Source: Clostridia bacterium (GTDB lineage Bacteria; Bacillota; Clostridia; Christensenellales; UBA3700). From it: 64,000 bases of DNA. The notes under the pieces are model-generated. The model made no database searches. It saw only the letters and a list, made by a program, of their open reading frames with translations, and was not told where the DNA came from. Shown piece after piece: positions 45,458-55,561 of the stretch. Position 1 is the first letter of the stretch. The number at the start of each line of letters is the position of its first letter. A program made the position numbers and the translations under genes. The DNA is taken from the NCBI GenBank assembly GCA_029060065.1, contig JAIDUT010000058.1, forward strand, positions 242 through 64,241, in the 5' to 3' direction.

Positions 45458-47765
45458 TTTCTTTCTCCTTTTTACCAATACGTTTTTTGTTGATAAAATG
45501 AGCGGATACAATTATCAAAGCTATGACTACCGCAAAGATAAACACCGTCCACCAATACGTGCCGACAAGATATATCATCATAGACACTATATACGATGTG
45601 AGTATCCAGAACAGTATCGCTAACGCAGTGCGTTTTGCCGAGCCAAGTTCGCCGGACGCCGCGCCGACTGCCGCCATACAAGGCACTGTAAGCAAGTTGA
45701 AAGCCATGAAAGCTACGATGCCCGCCGTCGTAACTCCGCTCTCAGACACGAATGCTTCGACACTTCCTGCAAGAACTTCGATTGACGATACGACTTCTTC
45801 TTTTGCTACAAGTCCAGTAACCGTAGCAACTATATATTTCCAATTCCCAAAACCAAGCGGTTTGAACAGCCATTCAAGCCAACTGCCGACGACTTTAAGG
45901 ATACACTCCTCTTCACCAACCATTTGGAACTTGAAATTAAAGTTCAGTAGATACCAAATAATTATAGTTGACGCGGCTATGACCGTACCGGCTCGGAATA
46001 CAAAGTGTTTGAGCTTTTGCCAAATATGTATCGTCACGCTCTTAAATTGCGGAGTATGGTAGGTAGGCAATTCCATAATAAACGGTGTTACGCCCTTTTG
46101 TCCGCTAATCTTCTTAAGTATCAACGACGCAATCATCGCAACGACTATACCTATAATATACATACCGAATACAGTCAGCTCGCTATTCCAACCTACTGTC
46201 GTAGCTAAAACTCCCGCAAAAGCGTACCATATCGGGCTCTTTGCTCCGCATGAGAAGAACGGCGCGAGAAGTATCGTAGCGCGTCTTTCCTTAGCATTTT
46301 CTATAGTACGCGTTGCCATAATACCCGGCACAGCGCAACCGAAACACATAAGTAGTGGCATAAAAGATTTTCCAGAAAGACCAATGCGCCTAAACGCCCT
46401 ATCCATTATGAACGCTACTCTTGCCATATATCCCGTATCTTCAAGTATTGTTAAAAACAAGAACAGCAACATTATCTGCGGTATAAAAGACAGCACTCCG
46501 AACACGCCTGCCAAAACGCCGTCGCAAATTACGCCGTACGCCCAATCAGGAGCATTTTTTAGCAACTGCGGTATCCAACCGCCCTCTTCTTCCACCACTT
46601 GAATCGCATCTCCGTTTTCGTCAAAACCGTCCTCGACCACTCTTTCTCCGTTGACAAGTCCTGCCAGTTCTTCTACTAAGCCCTGTAAAAATACGCCCGG
46701 GGACTTAATGGAGTTGGCTCCCGATTGCTCTTCCTCGTCATACTCCGTGTCAACGAATAGCGAAGCTACCAGACCTGCGTCCTTAAACGCCCCGTCTGGA
46801 ATAACCGCCGACAAATAGAATAAATTCTCGCTAAAAGTGAGGTGGAATATAGCAAATATAATCAATAGGAATATCGGTATACCCCAAAATTTGTGCGTTA
46901 ATACCTTATCCGCCTTATCGCTTTTGGATATTGCGGGTTTCTCTTTGTCCACAGTGATTACGTCGCTGAAATTATCATTAATATACTGATATCTTTGGTC
47001 TGCGACGCAAGTTTCGAAATTACCCTTATACCTATTTTTAACTTCTTGATTTCTTGCCTTTATTTCCGTAATTTGACTTGCGAGCGATGTATACTTATCT
47101 AGAGTAAGTATATCTCCTTCGACAAGTTTTACGCTGTCAAATAGTTTGTGCTTAGAATCGCTATCGCCCAAAAGTAGCATTACATTGTCAACGCTTTCTT
47201 TGAGAATACCCGAAGATACAAAAGACACCGCCTCTCTTTTAACGCCCTTCTGTTCCTTAACGGCTTGCATAAGTTCTTTAAGTCCCTTTTGCTTGAGGGC
47301 GGAAATTGCTACTACCGGTACGCCCAACTTTTGCGACAAAGCCTTAACGTCAATTCTCTCTCCGTTAGCTCTCAAGCAGTCTGCCATATTGAGCGCCACT
47401 ACTACAGGCACGCCTATTTCCAATATCTGAGTAGTCAAATATAAATTACGCTGTAGATTGGTAGCATCGATAATATTGAGTATCACGTCCGCGTCTTGTG
47501 AAAGTATGTAATCGCGCGAAACTACTTCTTCCGGAGAATACGGCGAAAGCGAATAGATACCCGGCAAATCCACTATATCAACCGTTAAGTCGCTCTTTTT
47601 GTCCTTATAAGTGCCCTCGAGTTTTTCTACCGTAACGCCGGTCCAGTTGCCAACGTGAGCCGTTGCGCCTGTCAAAGCATTAAAAAGCGTAGTCTTACCG
47701 CAGTTAGGATTACCTACCAAAGCAACTTTTATGTCACTGCGCTTGGTCTGTCGTGACTTCTTCAT
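45450..47765 (-). CDS. feoB: Ferrous iron transporter FeoB
   Basis: The N-terminal G domain has VALVGNPNCGKTTLFNALTG and DLPGIYSL, followed by a large polytopic membrane domain. Confidence 0.97.
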   Translation of the reverse strand: MKKSRQTKRSDIKVALVGNPNCGKTTLFNALTGATAHVGNWTGVTVEKLEGTYKDKKSDLTVDIVDLPGIYSLSPYSPEEVVSRDYILSQDADVILNIIDATNLQRNLYLTTQILEIGVPVVVALNMADCLRANGERIDVKALSQKLGVPVVAISALKQKGLKELMQAVKEQKGVKREAVSFVSSGILKESVDNVMLLLGDSDSKHKLFDSVKLVEGDILTLDKYTSLASQITEIKARNQEVKNRYKGNFETCVADQRYQYINDNFSDVITVDKEKPAISKSDKADKVLTHKFWGIPIFLLIIFAIFHLTFSENLFYLSAVIPDGAFKDAGLVASLFVDTEYDEEEQSGANSIKSPGVFLQGLVEELAGLVNGERVVEDGFDENGDAIQVVEEEGGWIPQLLKNAPDWAYGVICDGVLAGVFGVLSFIPQIMLLFLFLTILEDTGYMARVAFIMDRAFRRIGLSGKSFMPLLMCFGCAVPGIMATRTIENAKERRATILLAPFFSCGAKSPIWYAFAGVLATTVGWNSELTVFGMYIIGIVVAMIASLILKKISGQKGVTPFIMELPTYHTPQFKSVTIHIWQKLKHFVFRAGTVIAASTIIIWYLLNFNFKFQMVGEEECILKVVGSWLEWLFKPLGFGNWKYIVATVTGLVAKEEVVSSIEVLAGSVEAFVSESGVTTAGIVAFMAFNLLTVPCMAAVGAASGELGSAKRTALAILFWILTSYIVSMMIYLVGTYWWTVFIFAVVIALIIVSAHFINKKRIGKKEKENA

Positions 47766-47982
47766 TGCAAACCTCCACTAAAACATGCTTTGCGACGTCT
47801 TTGTTCATCGCAACTCTGCAATCGCGAACCCTTACGATGGTATCCCCGAAATTGGACTGCAAAACTGTGATGTTACCGCCTACTATGACGCCAATATTTT
47901 GCAAACGGTTTTTCGTCTTTTCATCCGTAGTAACGTCTACTATCTTCAATTTCTTACCTATAGGCGAAGAAAATAATTGCAT
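47734..47982 (-). CDS. feoA: Ferrous iron transport protein FeoA
   Basis: It is a small SH3-like protein (KLKIVDV...RLQNIGVIVGGNITV) that overlaps the feoB start. Confidence 0.88.
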   Translation of the reverse strand: MQLFSSPIGKKLKIVDVTTDEKTKNRLQNIGVIVGGNITVLQSNFGDTIVRVRDCRVAMNKDVAKHVLVEVCNEEVTTDQAQ

Positions 47983-48028
47983 GTAACCTCCAAAAGTTAT
48001 CTCCGACTAACTTTTTAACAATAAATTT

Positions 48029-48048
48029 GTAGGATAAAGTTATCCTAC
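48029..48048. promoter_or_regulatory. Palindromic operator candidate at the feoAB transcription start (Fur-box-like)
   Basis: GTAGGATAA-AG-TTATCCTAC has 9-nt perfect inverted arms and lies just downstream of the -10 box. Confidence 0.5.
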
Positions 48049-48054
48049 GCTAAC

Positions 48055-48083
48055 ATTATATTTACTACGCTATAACTTGTCAA
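48055..48083 (-). promoter_or_regulatory. Consensus sigma-A promoter of feoAB
   Basis: The minus strand reads TTGACA, a 17-nt spacer, then TATAAT, an exact consensus. Confidence 0.7.
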
Positions 48084-48208
48084 GTGTTTTGCTTCAGAAA
48101 ATAAAAATTATATTTATCTCCTCACTTAAATATATTAGTTAGCGTGTGAGTATATGCTGAATATATAAGGATATAATAGAAATATAGAAAAAAATAAGGA
48201 ATACAATT

Positions 48209-48358
48209 ATGAAAAGAAAGCTTAAAAAACTTAACCTAAAATCCACAGAAAACAATCAAAAATCTCTCTCAAGCGCCTACGACGTCAACGGAGCTTACAC
48301 GGGTACGCCCGCGTACGACGACCATAGCACTCCTACTCAAGACGCAGACGATTTGTAA
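48209..48358 (+). CDS. Candidate 49-aa hypothetical protein
   Basis: An AAGGA RBS lies 8 nt upstream. The sequence is MKRKLKKLNLKSTENNQKSLSSAYDVNGAYTGTPAYDDHSTPTQDADDL. It is below the ORF-track cutoff and I recognise no motif. Confidence 0.3.
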   Translation: MKRKLKKLNLKSTENNQKSLSSAYDVNGAYTGTPAYDDHSTPTQDADDL

Positions 48359-48364
48359 TAAGTA

Positions 48365-49225
48365 TTATTCTTCAATGTCGTTTTTTGAATCAGATTCATT
48401 GACTTGGCTTTGTAATTGCAAAGCCTTTTTGTCGTTGTTTTTCTTGATAATATACTTGACGAGAGCAATCGCGCTATACTCTTCTGCATTGCCTGCAAAA
48501 TCGGGATATTTCTTGAGTTTCTTGTCGTAGAACTTGTTGTTGACAAAGTAGAACGCCCAAAGTATTACTCCAAGCAAAATCATTTCAATTATTACAGTCA
48601 TTACCCTCAACCAAACTGGGACTATAGACCCTGCAGGCAAAACGTATTTCAAAATAGTACCGGAAAGTACGCATATGATTACCATTCCGTCATGATTTTT
48701 TTCTGCTAAATCCGGATATAGCACTCTCTTGTATACCAACACGGAGAATATAAACATAATAAATATACCTACGATAGGTATCCAAATGTCCTTAATGCTG
48801 TATCTATCGGTGCTAAAAATAATCACTAGTCCCGCAAAGAACAAAACTTCATGTTGGATAATACCGGTGACCCAATTAAATGTACTTTCAGCGTCCCTAA
48901 CTATTGGCGCCGGTGAGAAAATACCCGCAAGAACGAACGCCAAGCCCGAAATAAACGCGCAAATTCCTGCAAACGGACGCAATTTTTTTACGCCAACCGT
49001 TACCGTAGCGCCCAAAATAAAATACGATAAATGAGAAAACTCTATTGGATAATGATGAATTGACCGCTCTATTCCAAATTGAATAGACTTAAAAATAAGT
49101 AATACCAACGATACGACAAAAAGTGTAATCATATTTGCCCTGCGATTCTTTCGCAATAACCATGCGCACGCAATCATAAGCAATGCCATCAATATGATTA
49201 TTACAGATACCCACCAATACTTCAT
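48365..49225 (-). CDS. Hypothetical polytopic integral membrane protein
   Basis: The 286-aa product has about 7 hydrophobic helices. The family is not recognised with confidence. Confidence 0.6.
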   Translation of the reverse strand: MKYWWVSVIIILMALLMIACAWLLRKNRRANMITLFVVSLVLLIFKSIQFGIERSIHHYPIEFSHLSYFILGATVTVGVKKLRPFAGICAFISGLAFVLAGIFSPAPIVRDAESTFNWVTGIIQHEVLFFAGLVIIFSTDRYSIKDIWIPIVGIFIMFIFSVLVYKRVLYPDLAEKNHDGMVIICVLSGTILKYVLPAGSIVPVWLRVMTVIIEMILLGVILWAFYFVNNKFYDKKLKKYPDFAGNAEEYSAIALVKYIIKKNNDKKALQLQSQVNESDSKNDIEE

Positions 49226-49378
49226 CTAAGTTCTCCGTTGTTCATGATATTAGCGTAAAAATAACCTTTGAAATTGTAGCATATTATTATGCCCTTTGTC
49301 AATACTTTATCGACAAAAACAGCGCCCGTCATAAGACGGCGCATATTAATGCCTCTAGCTTAATAAACCTTAAAATTT

Positions 49379-49852
49379 TTATTTTCTGTATTTATTCAAT
49401 ATATCCTCGTGAATATGACAATAATCATTCGGATACCTTGCTAGTCTATCCTGATGCTCATCAGCGCTCCTTACGTAATTTGTTAAAGGAAGCACCTCTA
49501 CTTTTATTAGCGATCTGTCATCTCTTTCGTCAATAAAGTTTTTCGCTATCTCCAAATGTCTTTCGTTGGTACTGTAAATGCCTGTGCGATATTTTCTACC
49601 CACGTCAATACCCTGCTTATCCACGCTGTAAGGGTCGATTATCTCAAAAAAATAATTTAGCAACTGTTTTACCGATAATTGTTGCGAATCAAACACAGTC
49701 TTTACGCATTCCGCATAACCGTCGTAATCTCCCTCAAGAGTGTTCGTGGTTCCGTTAGCTCTTCCTGCCTCTGTCGCAACAACGCCGGGCAGACTTTTGA
49801 TAAAATGCTGAACTCCCCACAAGCACCCTCCTGCTAAATAAATTGTTTCCAT
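49379..49852 (-). CDS. msrA: Peptide-methionine (S)-S-oxide reductase MsrA
   Basis: AGGCLWGVQ is a variant of the GCFWG active site. YRTGIY and HQDRL motifs are also present. Confidence 0.88.
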   Translation of the reverse strand: METIYLAGGCLWGVQHFIKSLPGVVATEAGRANGTTNTLEGDYDGYAECVKTVFDSQQLSVKQLLNYFFEIIDPYSVDKQGIDVGRKYRTGIYSTNERHLEIAKNFIDERDDRSLIKVEVLPLTNYVRSADEHQDRLARYPNDYCHIHEDILNKYRK

Positions 49853-49899
49853 TATATTCTCCTATCATTGAGAGCGCCTTATTTATTTGTGATTTTATT

Positions 49900-50313
49900 T
49901 TATAATTCTATTTTTTCAATTTTGAAATCGCAATAATATTCAGCTTCTTGCGCTGTAAATTTTAGTACGCAATAATCTGGATCGGTTATGCCTTGTTTAT
50001 AAAACAACTTGTCGCCGAATCTCCAAATTCTTTCTTTTGTTTCTAGTTCCGTGCAGACTTGCATTGTCCCCTTGATTGTTACTCCTTGATACTTGAATCT
50101 TCCACGTTCATAGAAATAAACACAAGCCTTGTTGTTGTCTTGATATTGCTTCACTTTCTTGCTTGAAGTGTTGGTGCTGAAATAAATATGATTGCCATCA
50201 ATTTCCCTTGGAGAAAGCATTGCCCTTGTTACCGGAAAGCCTTGTTCATCAACTGATGAAATGAATGCAGTCTTTTGTTTTTTAATAAATTCAAACAATT
50301 TTTCGTTAGTCAT
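49900..50313 (-). CDS. Pyridoxamine 5'-phosphate oxidase-family (FMN-binding split barrel) protein
   Basis: MTNEKLFEFIKKQKTAFISSVDEQGFPVTRAM fits the family. An AAGGAGAA RBS supports the ATG at 50313 rather than the longer ORF-track start. Confidence 0.7.
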   Translation of the reverse strand: MTNEKLFEFIKKQKTAFISSVDEQGFPVTRAMLSPREIDGNHIYFSTNTSSKKVKQYQDNNKACVYFYERGRFKYQGVTIKGTMQVCTELETKERIWRFGDKLFYKQGITDPDYCVLKFTAQEAEYYCDFKIEKIEL

Positions 50314-50506
50314 TTGTTTTCTCCTTGTTTTGTTCCGCAAATTCTCTTGTATAACCATTCGGCAAATCGCTTTCCTCATTATCGCCCACAACCTGCCAAC
50401 CGCTTTTAGTTTATTCTTATAGCTATTGAGCTAATTATAGCACAAATCTTTGCATTCTTTATCGGCTTTGAATACGGAGCCCTCAATACCTTGAGGACTC
50501 CGTAAC

Positions 50507-50582
<76 letters not shown>

Positions 50583-50649
50583 AAACTTAACTTGCTTAAC
50601 TATTATAATTGATAAGCGCAAAAGTGTCAATCACTTTTTACAACTTATT

Positions 50650-51573
50650 TTAGTGAGATTTTTTAGGCTTTCCATTCTTACGGTGAATACGGATATTGAG
50701 CGCCAAATAAATTGCAAGCAATACGGCGATAGTGACGATGACTACAGTAAAATGAACCCAAGTCGCCACCTTGTGGTCAAAAAAGAAGTACTCGCAGTCA
50801 AAGTTTACGCGTATTGCGTCCACGGCTTGCGACGGCGCGCTCTTGCTCATCTCTTCCAATATGCCATTCATGTACGCTCGACGGAAAATTACGGTAGAAT
50901 ACATACCCGGAATAAAACCCACGAAGTTTTGAATACCCTTACCCATTGTAGATATGGGCATATAAGCTCCGCAAATAAAACCGTACATTGACGACACCAG
51001 TGTGCAAAATCCGCCCAACGCCCCTTGCGAATTGATAAACAATCCGACTATAGATATAATCAAAGACCCCATCGCAGAAGTCAATAGCATATCGACAATA
51101 ATAAGCATAACGTCGCCAAAGGTCATATACCACCCCACAATAGCAAGATAAATAAAGCTGATTATCATTACTATTGTACATATTAACACTGTTGAGATAA
51201 AATTCGACACAGTATAACTTAGGCTTAAGTCAAATTTTCCAATAGGCGCAATCTCAAAGCCACGCAACGTTTTTTTAAGTTTGTCATCAATACGCATATT
51301 CGAGCAAAAAGATATCGTAATACACGAAGTCGCCATTATCGACGAAAAAAGCCAACTTCCAGTGAAAGCGTTGACGATTTTATTGCTGAGTTCATAGCCT
51401 TCGGGCATGGCGTTAACGAGAGAGTCCTCATATATCCCTCGCAAAAACAACAAAAACAGTACTACCAATATTATAGGCGTCATAAGAGATAAAACGAAAG
51501 TCATTCTATCCTTAAAATAGACCTTGATATTACGTCCCAACATAGAGCCGAAAGCATTCAACTTATCTTTCAT
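50650..51573 (-). CDS. ABC-2-type transporter permease
   Basis: It has 6 TM helices and a 4-nt overlap with the upstream ATPase gene. Confidence 0.8.
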   Translation of the reverse strand: MKDKLNAFGSMLGRNIKVYFKDRMTFVLSLMTPIILVVLFLLFLRGIYEDSLVNAMPEGYELSNKIVNAFTGSWLFSSIMATSCITISFCSNMRIDDKLKKTLRGFEIAPIGKFDLSLSYTVSNFISTVLICTIVMIISFIYLAIVGWYMTFGDVMLIIVDMLLTSAMGSLIISIVGLFINSQGALGGFCTLVSSMYGFICGAYMPISTMGKGIQNFVGFIPGMYSTVIFRRAYMNGILEEMSKSAPSQAVDAIRVNFDCEYFFFDHKVATWVHFTVVIVTIAVLLAIYLALNIRIHRKNGKPKKSH

Positions 51574-52490
51574 TTAGTTTCCTCCTTCAACTGCTTACCC
51601 GTAACATTGAGGAATACGTTGTCCATTTTACCTTTTATCACTTCAAAGTCGTCAAAGTATTTACCGTAAGATGTCAAAATCTCTTTTGCCTCAGTAATCT
51701 CTTTGACCTCGATAAGTAAATACCCGCCATCTTCTTTATAAACTACGCCGTCAGAGTCTAATCTAACTTTCAATTCGTCTGCGCCGTCATATATTTTAAT
51801 AAAGTCGTAGGCGTATTGATTCTTGAGATTGTTGGGAGTATCGCTTGCCACTATCTTTCCTCTGTCGATAATAACGACGTAATCGGATTCGCTCGCTTCT
51901 TCCATATAATGCGTAGTAAGAAGTATGGTAAGATTGGTAGTACGACGCAATTCATTTAGGAATTCCCAAACGGTAATTCTCGTATTAGGGTCAAGTCCGG
52001 TGGTAGGCTCGTCTAAAATCAAAATTTTGGGAGAATGTATCAAAGCTCTTGCAACATCGATACGTCTTTGCTGTCCGCCTGACAACTTGCCGAACGGTCT
52101 TTTGAGTATATCTTTGAATTGCAATCTTTCGGCAAGATAGTTAAGCTTGTCTTGGAATCGTTGTCCCCTCAAACCGTAAAGTCCCGCTCTGAACTTTAGA
52201 TTATCGTATACGGATAATTTGGCGTCCAAGGTATTTTCCTGAAAGACCACGCCTAATATAGGTTTGATACTATGCATATTGCCGTCTACGGACATTCCGT
52301 CGATATATACTTCTCCTCCGTCCTTCTCTAGCAAATTGCATATAATGTTTATCGTAGTACTCTTTCCTGCGCCGTTGAGTCCCAAGAAAGCAAACAGCTG
52401 ACCTTCCTTTACGCAAAAGGATATGCCGTCAACCGCCTTGACTTCCTTAAAATACTTTTTCAAATCTTTAATTTCTATTATATTTTTCAT
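51570..52490 (-). CDS. ABC transporter ATP-binding protein (DrrA-like)
   Basis: Walker A is GLNGAGKST, the signature is LSGGQQRR, and Walker B is ILILDEP. Confidence 0.93.
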   Translation of the reverse strand: MKNIIEIKDLKKYFKEVKAVDGISFCVKEGQLFAFLGLNGAGKSTTINIICNLLEKDGGEVYIDGMSVDGNMHSIKPILGVVFQENTLDAKLSVYDNLKFRAGLYGLRGQRFQDKLNYLAERLQFKDILKRPFGKLSGGQQRRIDVARALIHSPKILILDEPTTGLDPNTRITVWEFLNELRRTTNLTILLTTHYMEEASESDYVVIIDRGKIVASDTPNNLKNQYAYDFIKIYDGADELKVRLDSDGVVYKEDGGYLLIEVKEITEAKEILTSYGKYFDDFEVIKGKMDNVFLNVTGKQLKEETK

Positions 52491-52496
52491 ATTAAT

Positions 52497-53396
52497 TTAC
52501 GCCAAATTCAAAAGGTCGTCGCTTGTAATTACGGCGTTCCCGTAAGTATAGTAGCTTAGACATTCCTGTCTGCAAGATACTCTTAGACCTGTTGAAGCGT
52601 GTTTGCCGGAATAAATTTCCGTACGCTTCCAAATAAGAATCTTATACTCTCCGTCGATTTGCGATATAGCAAAATCTATTGTAGTATCTTCCATAGTAAA
52701 ACCTTCGGATTTCGCGCTGAGCATATCCAAAAATTCTTCGAACGCTTCCAACTGCACGCTATTCAACTTCTCCGTCGAGCAGTTTATTTTGATTTGGCAG
52801 TAATACACTCCGTCCTTTTCATATACCTTATCATTGTGCTTAGGAGAAAGAATATCTCTGCTGTAAATGTCGTAAGTAGTGATTTTGTATCTAAGCATTT
52901 TAAGGTCTTTCTCTAAATCTCCGTTGAACGGAACAAAGCTACCCCAATCTTTTACGTTAAATTTTTTCGTAGACTTGTTGTATGTAATATTATTCCTTTT
53001 CGTATTGGTATTGTTTATAAAGTTGGCAGTCTTGCCGTCATAATAAAAGCGATTTGCGCTAGTGCCTTTATCGAAGCCCGTGCCGACTATAATTTCTTGG
53101 TTGTATACCTTGTCGTCTACGATTTTGCGTATCAAATGCGAGTTGCGCGTGGCAACAGACGAATTAAAGCAAAAGTACTCTTCTCTAGTATAATTCTGCT
53201 CTGCGTGAGAATTTTCGTACGCTTCCATAATAAGGTCGTAAGCGCTCATACCTTCAACGGTCTTACCTTTATAATTACCGAAATTTTCATCGTTGCATTG
53301 CAATAGCATTTCGTCATTATTCGAGCATCCTGCCATAAGCGAAATGGGAAACGTCAATAGCAAAACGGCTATAATTATCCAAACAATCTTTTTCAC
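52497..53396 (-). CDS. Putative lipoprotein of the ABC transporter operon
   Basis: A GTG start at 53396 with a GAGGTG RBS gives MKKIVWIIIAVLLLTFPISLMAGC, a lipobox. The ORF track begins 12 nt further upstream at a TTG. Confidence 0.7.
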   Translation of the reverse strand: MKKIVWIIIAVLLLTFPISLMAGCSNNDEMLLQCNDENFGNYKGKTVEGMSAYDLIMEAYENSHAEQNYTREEYFCFNSSVATRNSHLIRKIVDDKVYNQEIIVGTGFDKGTSANRFYYDGKTANFINNTNTKRNNITYNKSTKKFNVKDWGSFVPFNGDLEKDLKMLRYKITTYDIYSRDILSPKHNDKVYEKDGVYYCQIKINCSTEKLNSVQLEAFEEFLDMLSAKSEGFTMEDTTIDFAISQIDGEYKILIWKRTEIYSGKHASTGLRVSCRQECLSYYTYGNAVITSDDLLNLA

Positions 53397-53522
53397 AATA
53401 CACCTCAAATTATCTTATTATAATAATTATCCTTTAGAACTATAAACTTGTCAATAATTTTGTATTGTGTTTTATAAAAATATAATGTATAATTAATAAT
53501 GTAATATGTTAGGAGATAAAAA

Positions 53523-54797
53523 ATGAAAAACGCAATGTTCGACAAGGAATGGTTCAAGCTCGACAATGCGGCGAAGATTTATCCCGCCGCCAGAAGTTCG
53601 AGATGGAACGCCGTATTCCGTATGTCATGCGTAATGAAGGAAGAAGTAAAACCTGAAATTCTTCAGCAGGCATTGGATGACGTAATTGACCGTTTCCCTA
53701 CCTTTAGAATGGCTTTGAAAAAAGGCTTCTTCTGGTATTACTTCCAATTCGTAGACCATAAACCGCAAATACAAAAAGAAACTGATTTCCCTTGCGCGAT
53801 GATGAGATTGACGGGCAACGATTACGTATTTAGAGTACTCTATCACTCCCATAGAATTTCCGTCGAGGTCTTTCACTCTATTACCGACGGTACGGGCAAT
53901 ATAACCTTTCTCAAGACTTTGATAATGAGATATTGCGAATTATGCGGAGCGCAAATAGAAAATTTCGGCGATATCCTGCATTACGACGATGACCCTACTC
54001 CCGAAGAAGTCGAAGACTCTTTCTCTCGCTTTATAGACAAGAGCAAAGGCAAACTACCGAGAAAAGAACCTTCGGCATATCAAATCAAAGGGCAGAAAGA
54101 AATCAGAGGCGTTCTCAACGTTACTCAAGGTCGTATGCCTTTTGAGCAACTACACGGCGTAGCCAAATCTTTCGGTTGCACAGTAAATACGTATTTGACC
54201 GCAGTACTCGCATATGCGCTTTTGAAAAGACAGCTTTATGAAAAAAAGTCTAAGAAAAAGCCTGTCAGAGTACAAGTGCCCATCAACCTAAGAAAGATTT
54301 TCGGTTCGGAAACTTTACGTAACTTTGCAGGATATTACAATACCAACCTTGCTCCCGAAGAAAAAACCTTCGAGGAAGTAATCAAAGAATTGGATATCCA
54401 ACTCAAAGAAAATATTACGCAAGAGTACTGCCAAAAGTTTATCAACTCCAATGTATCTTTGGAAAAAAACCCAATAGTCAAGATTGCTCCGAGGTTTTTG
54501 AAAACCTTAATTATGAATATATCTTTTTATTTAGTGGGTGAAAAACTTATGTCTTGCACGTTTAGCAACATAGGCAACGTAGTCACGCCAAAGGAATTGT
54601 ACGATTATATCGATAGATTTGAATTTGTACTCGGTCCGCAAAAATATATGAGCAACTCTATGACTTGCGCGTCGTATAACGGCGTCAGCGTCGTGACTTT
54701 TTCACGTACGTCAAAAGACCCGATTTTGGAGAGAGATTTCTTCAAGATACTCACCGAACACGGCATTGAAGTGAGTGTCAACAGCAATAGGAGGTGA
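53523..54797 (+). CDS. Acyltransferase with an HxxxDG active-site motif (condensation / alcohol acetyltransferase-like)
   Basis: FHSITDGTG matches the HHxxxDG motif of the CAT/condensation superfamily. The length is 424 aa. Confidence 0.55.
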   Translation: MKNAMFDKEWFKLDNAAKIYPAARSSRWNAVFRMSCVMKEEVKPEILQQALDDVIDRFPTFRMALKKGFFWYYFQFVDHKPQIQKETDFPCAMMRLTGNDYVFRVLYHSHRISVEVFHSITDGTGNITFLKTLIMRYCELCGAQIENFGDILHYDDDPTPEEVEDSFSRFIDKSKGKLPRKEPSAYQIKGQKEIRGVLNVTQGRMPFEQLHGVAKSFGCTVNTYLTAVLAYALLKRQLYEKKSKKKPVRVQVPINLRKIFGSETLRNFAGYYNTNLAPEEKTFEEVIKELDIQLKENITQEYCQKFINSNVSLEKNPIVKIAPRFLKTLIMNISFYLVGEKLMSCTFSNIGNVVTPKELYDYIDRFEFVLGPQKYMSNSMTCASYNGVSVVTFSRTSKDPILERDFFKILTEHGIEVSVNSNRR

Positions 54798-54801
54798 CAT
54801 A

Positions 54802-55470
54802 ATGAAACAGTGTCGCAAATGCGGAGTATACGTAGACGACGACTCGGCTAACTGCCCTCTTTGCGGAGCTTTTGTCCACGAAGAGACTACTTCGACTATA
54901 TACGATTACCCTGCGGTAGATATAATGAAAAAAAGAAAACTGCTTTTGAAAATAAGCGGTTTTGCAACAGTATTCACTATAGCGCTTGTATTGATAATCA
55001 ATCTTGCCGTAAGCCATAAAGTGTCTTGGGCATTCCACGTAATATTCGGTTTTGCTTTAGCTTGGACATGCGTATGCAGACCTACTTTGAAAAAATTTTG
55101 CGTACGCAAGCATCTCACTTGGGATTTTATAGGCGTGATAGCCTTGCTCTTCTATATCAATATATGGACGTCTAGGCTTGCCAATCCTTGGGCGTTTTCG
55201 CTGGGTATGCCGATAGCAATTCTCACTTGGCAAACAGTACTTGAAATTCTCGCTCTCTCCCACAAAAACGGATGCGGGGATTATCAAATATCTTTGACGA
55301 AAATTTTCGTACTCTCGGCAATCTGTATTGGCATCTCCTTTATATGGAAAGGCGCATATCATTGGGCATGGTACATTTGTACAGCAAGAGGTTTTCTCGA
55401 CATACTCGTGCTATCGTTCTTTGCAAAAGATAAGTATTTCGGCGAACTCAAAAAACGGTTGCATATCTAA
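54802..55470 (+). CDS. Zinc-ribbon-containing polytopic membrane protein
   Basis: A GGAGG RBS precedes MKQCRKCGVYVDDDSANCPLCGA, followed by ~5 TM helices. It overlaps the end of the preceding gene. Confidence 0.65.
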   Translation: MKQCRKCGVYVDDDSANCPLCGAFVHEETTSTIYDYPAVDIMKKRKLLLKISGFATVFTIALVLIINLAVSHKVSWAFHVIFGFALAWTCVCRPTLKKFCVRKHLTWDFIGVIALLFYINIWTSRLANPWAFSLGMPIAILTWQTVLEILALSHKNGCGDYQISLTKIFVLSAICIGISFIWKGAYHWAWYICTARGFLDILVLSFFAKDKYFGELKKRLHI

Positions 55471-55561
55471 GAATATCAATTAAATAAATAACGCTGTCAG
55501 TTTAGAATTGACAGCGTTATTTTATTAAAACCTTCAAGAGTTATTACTAATTAATTTATCA

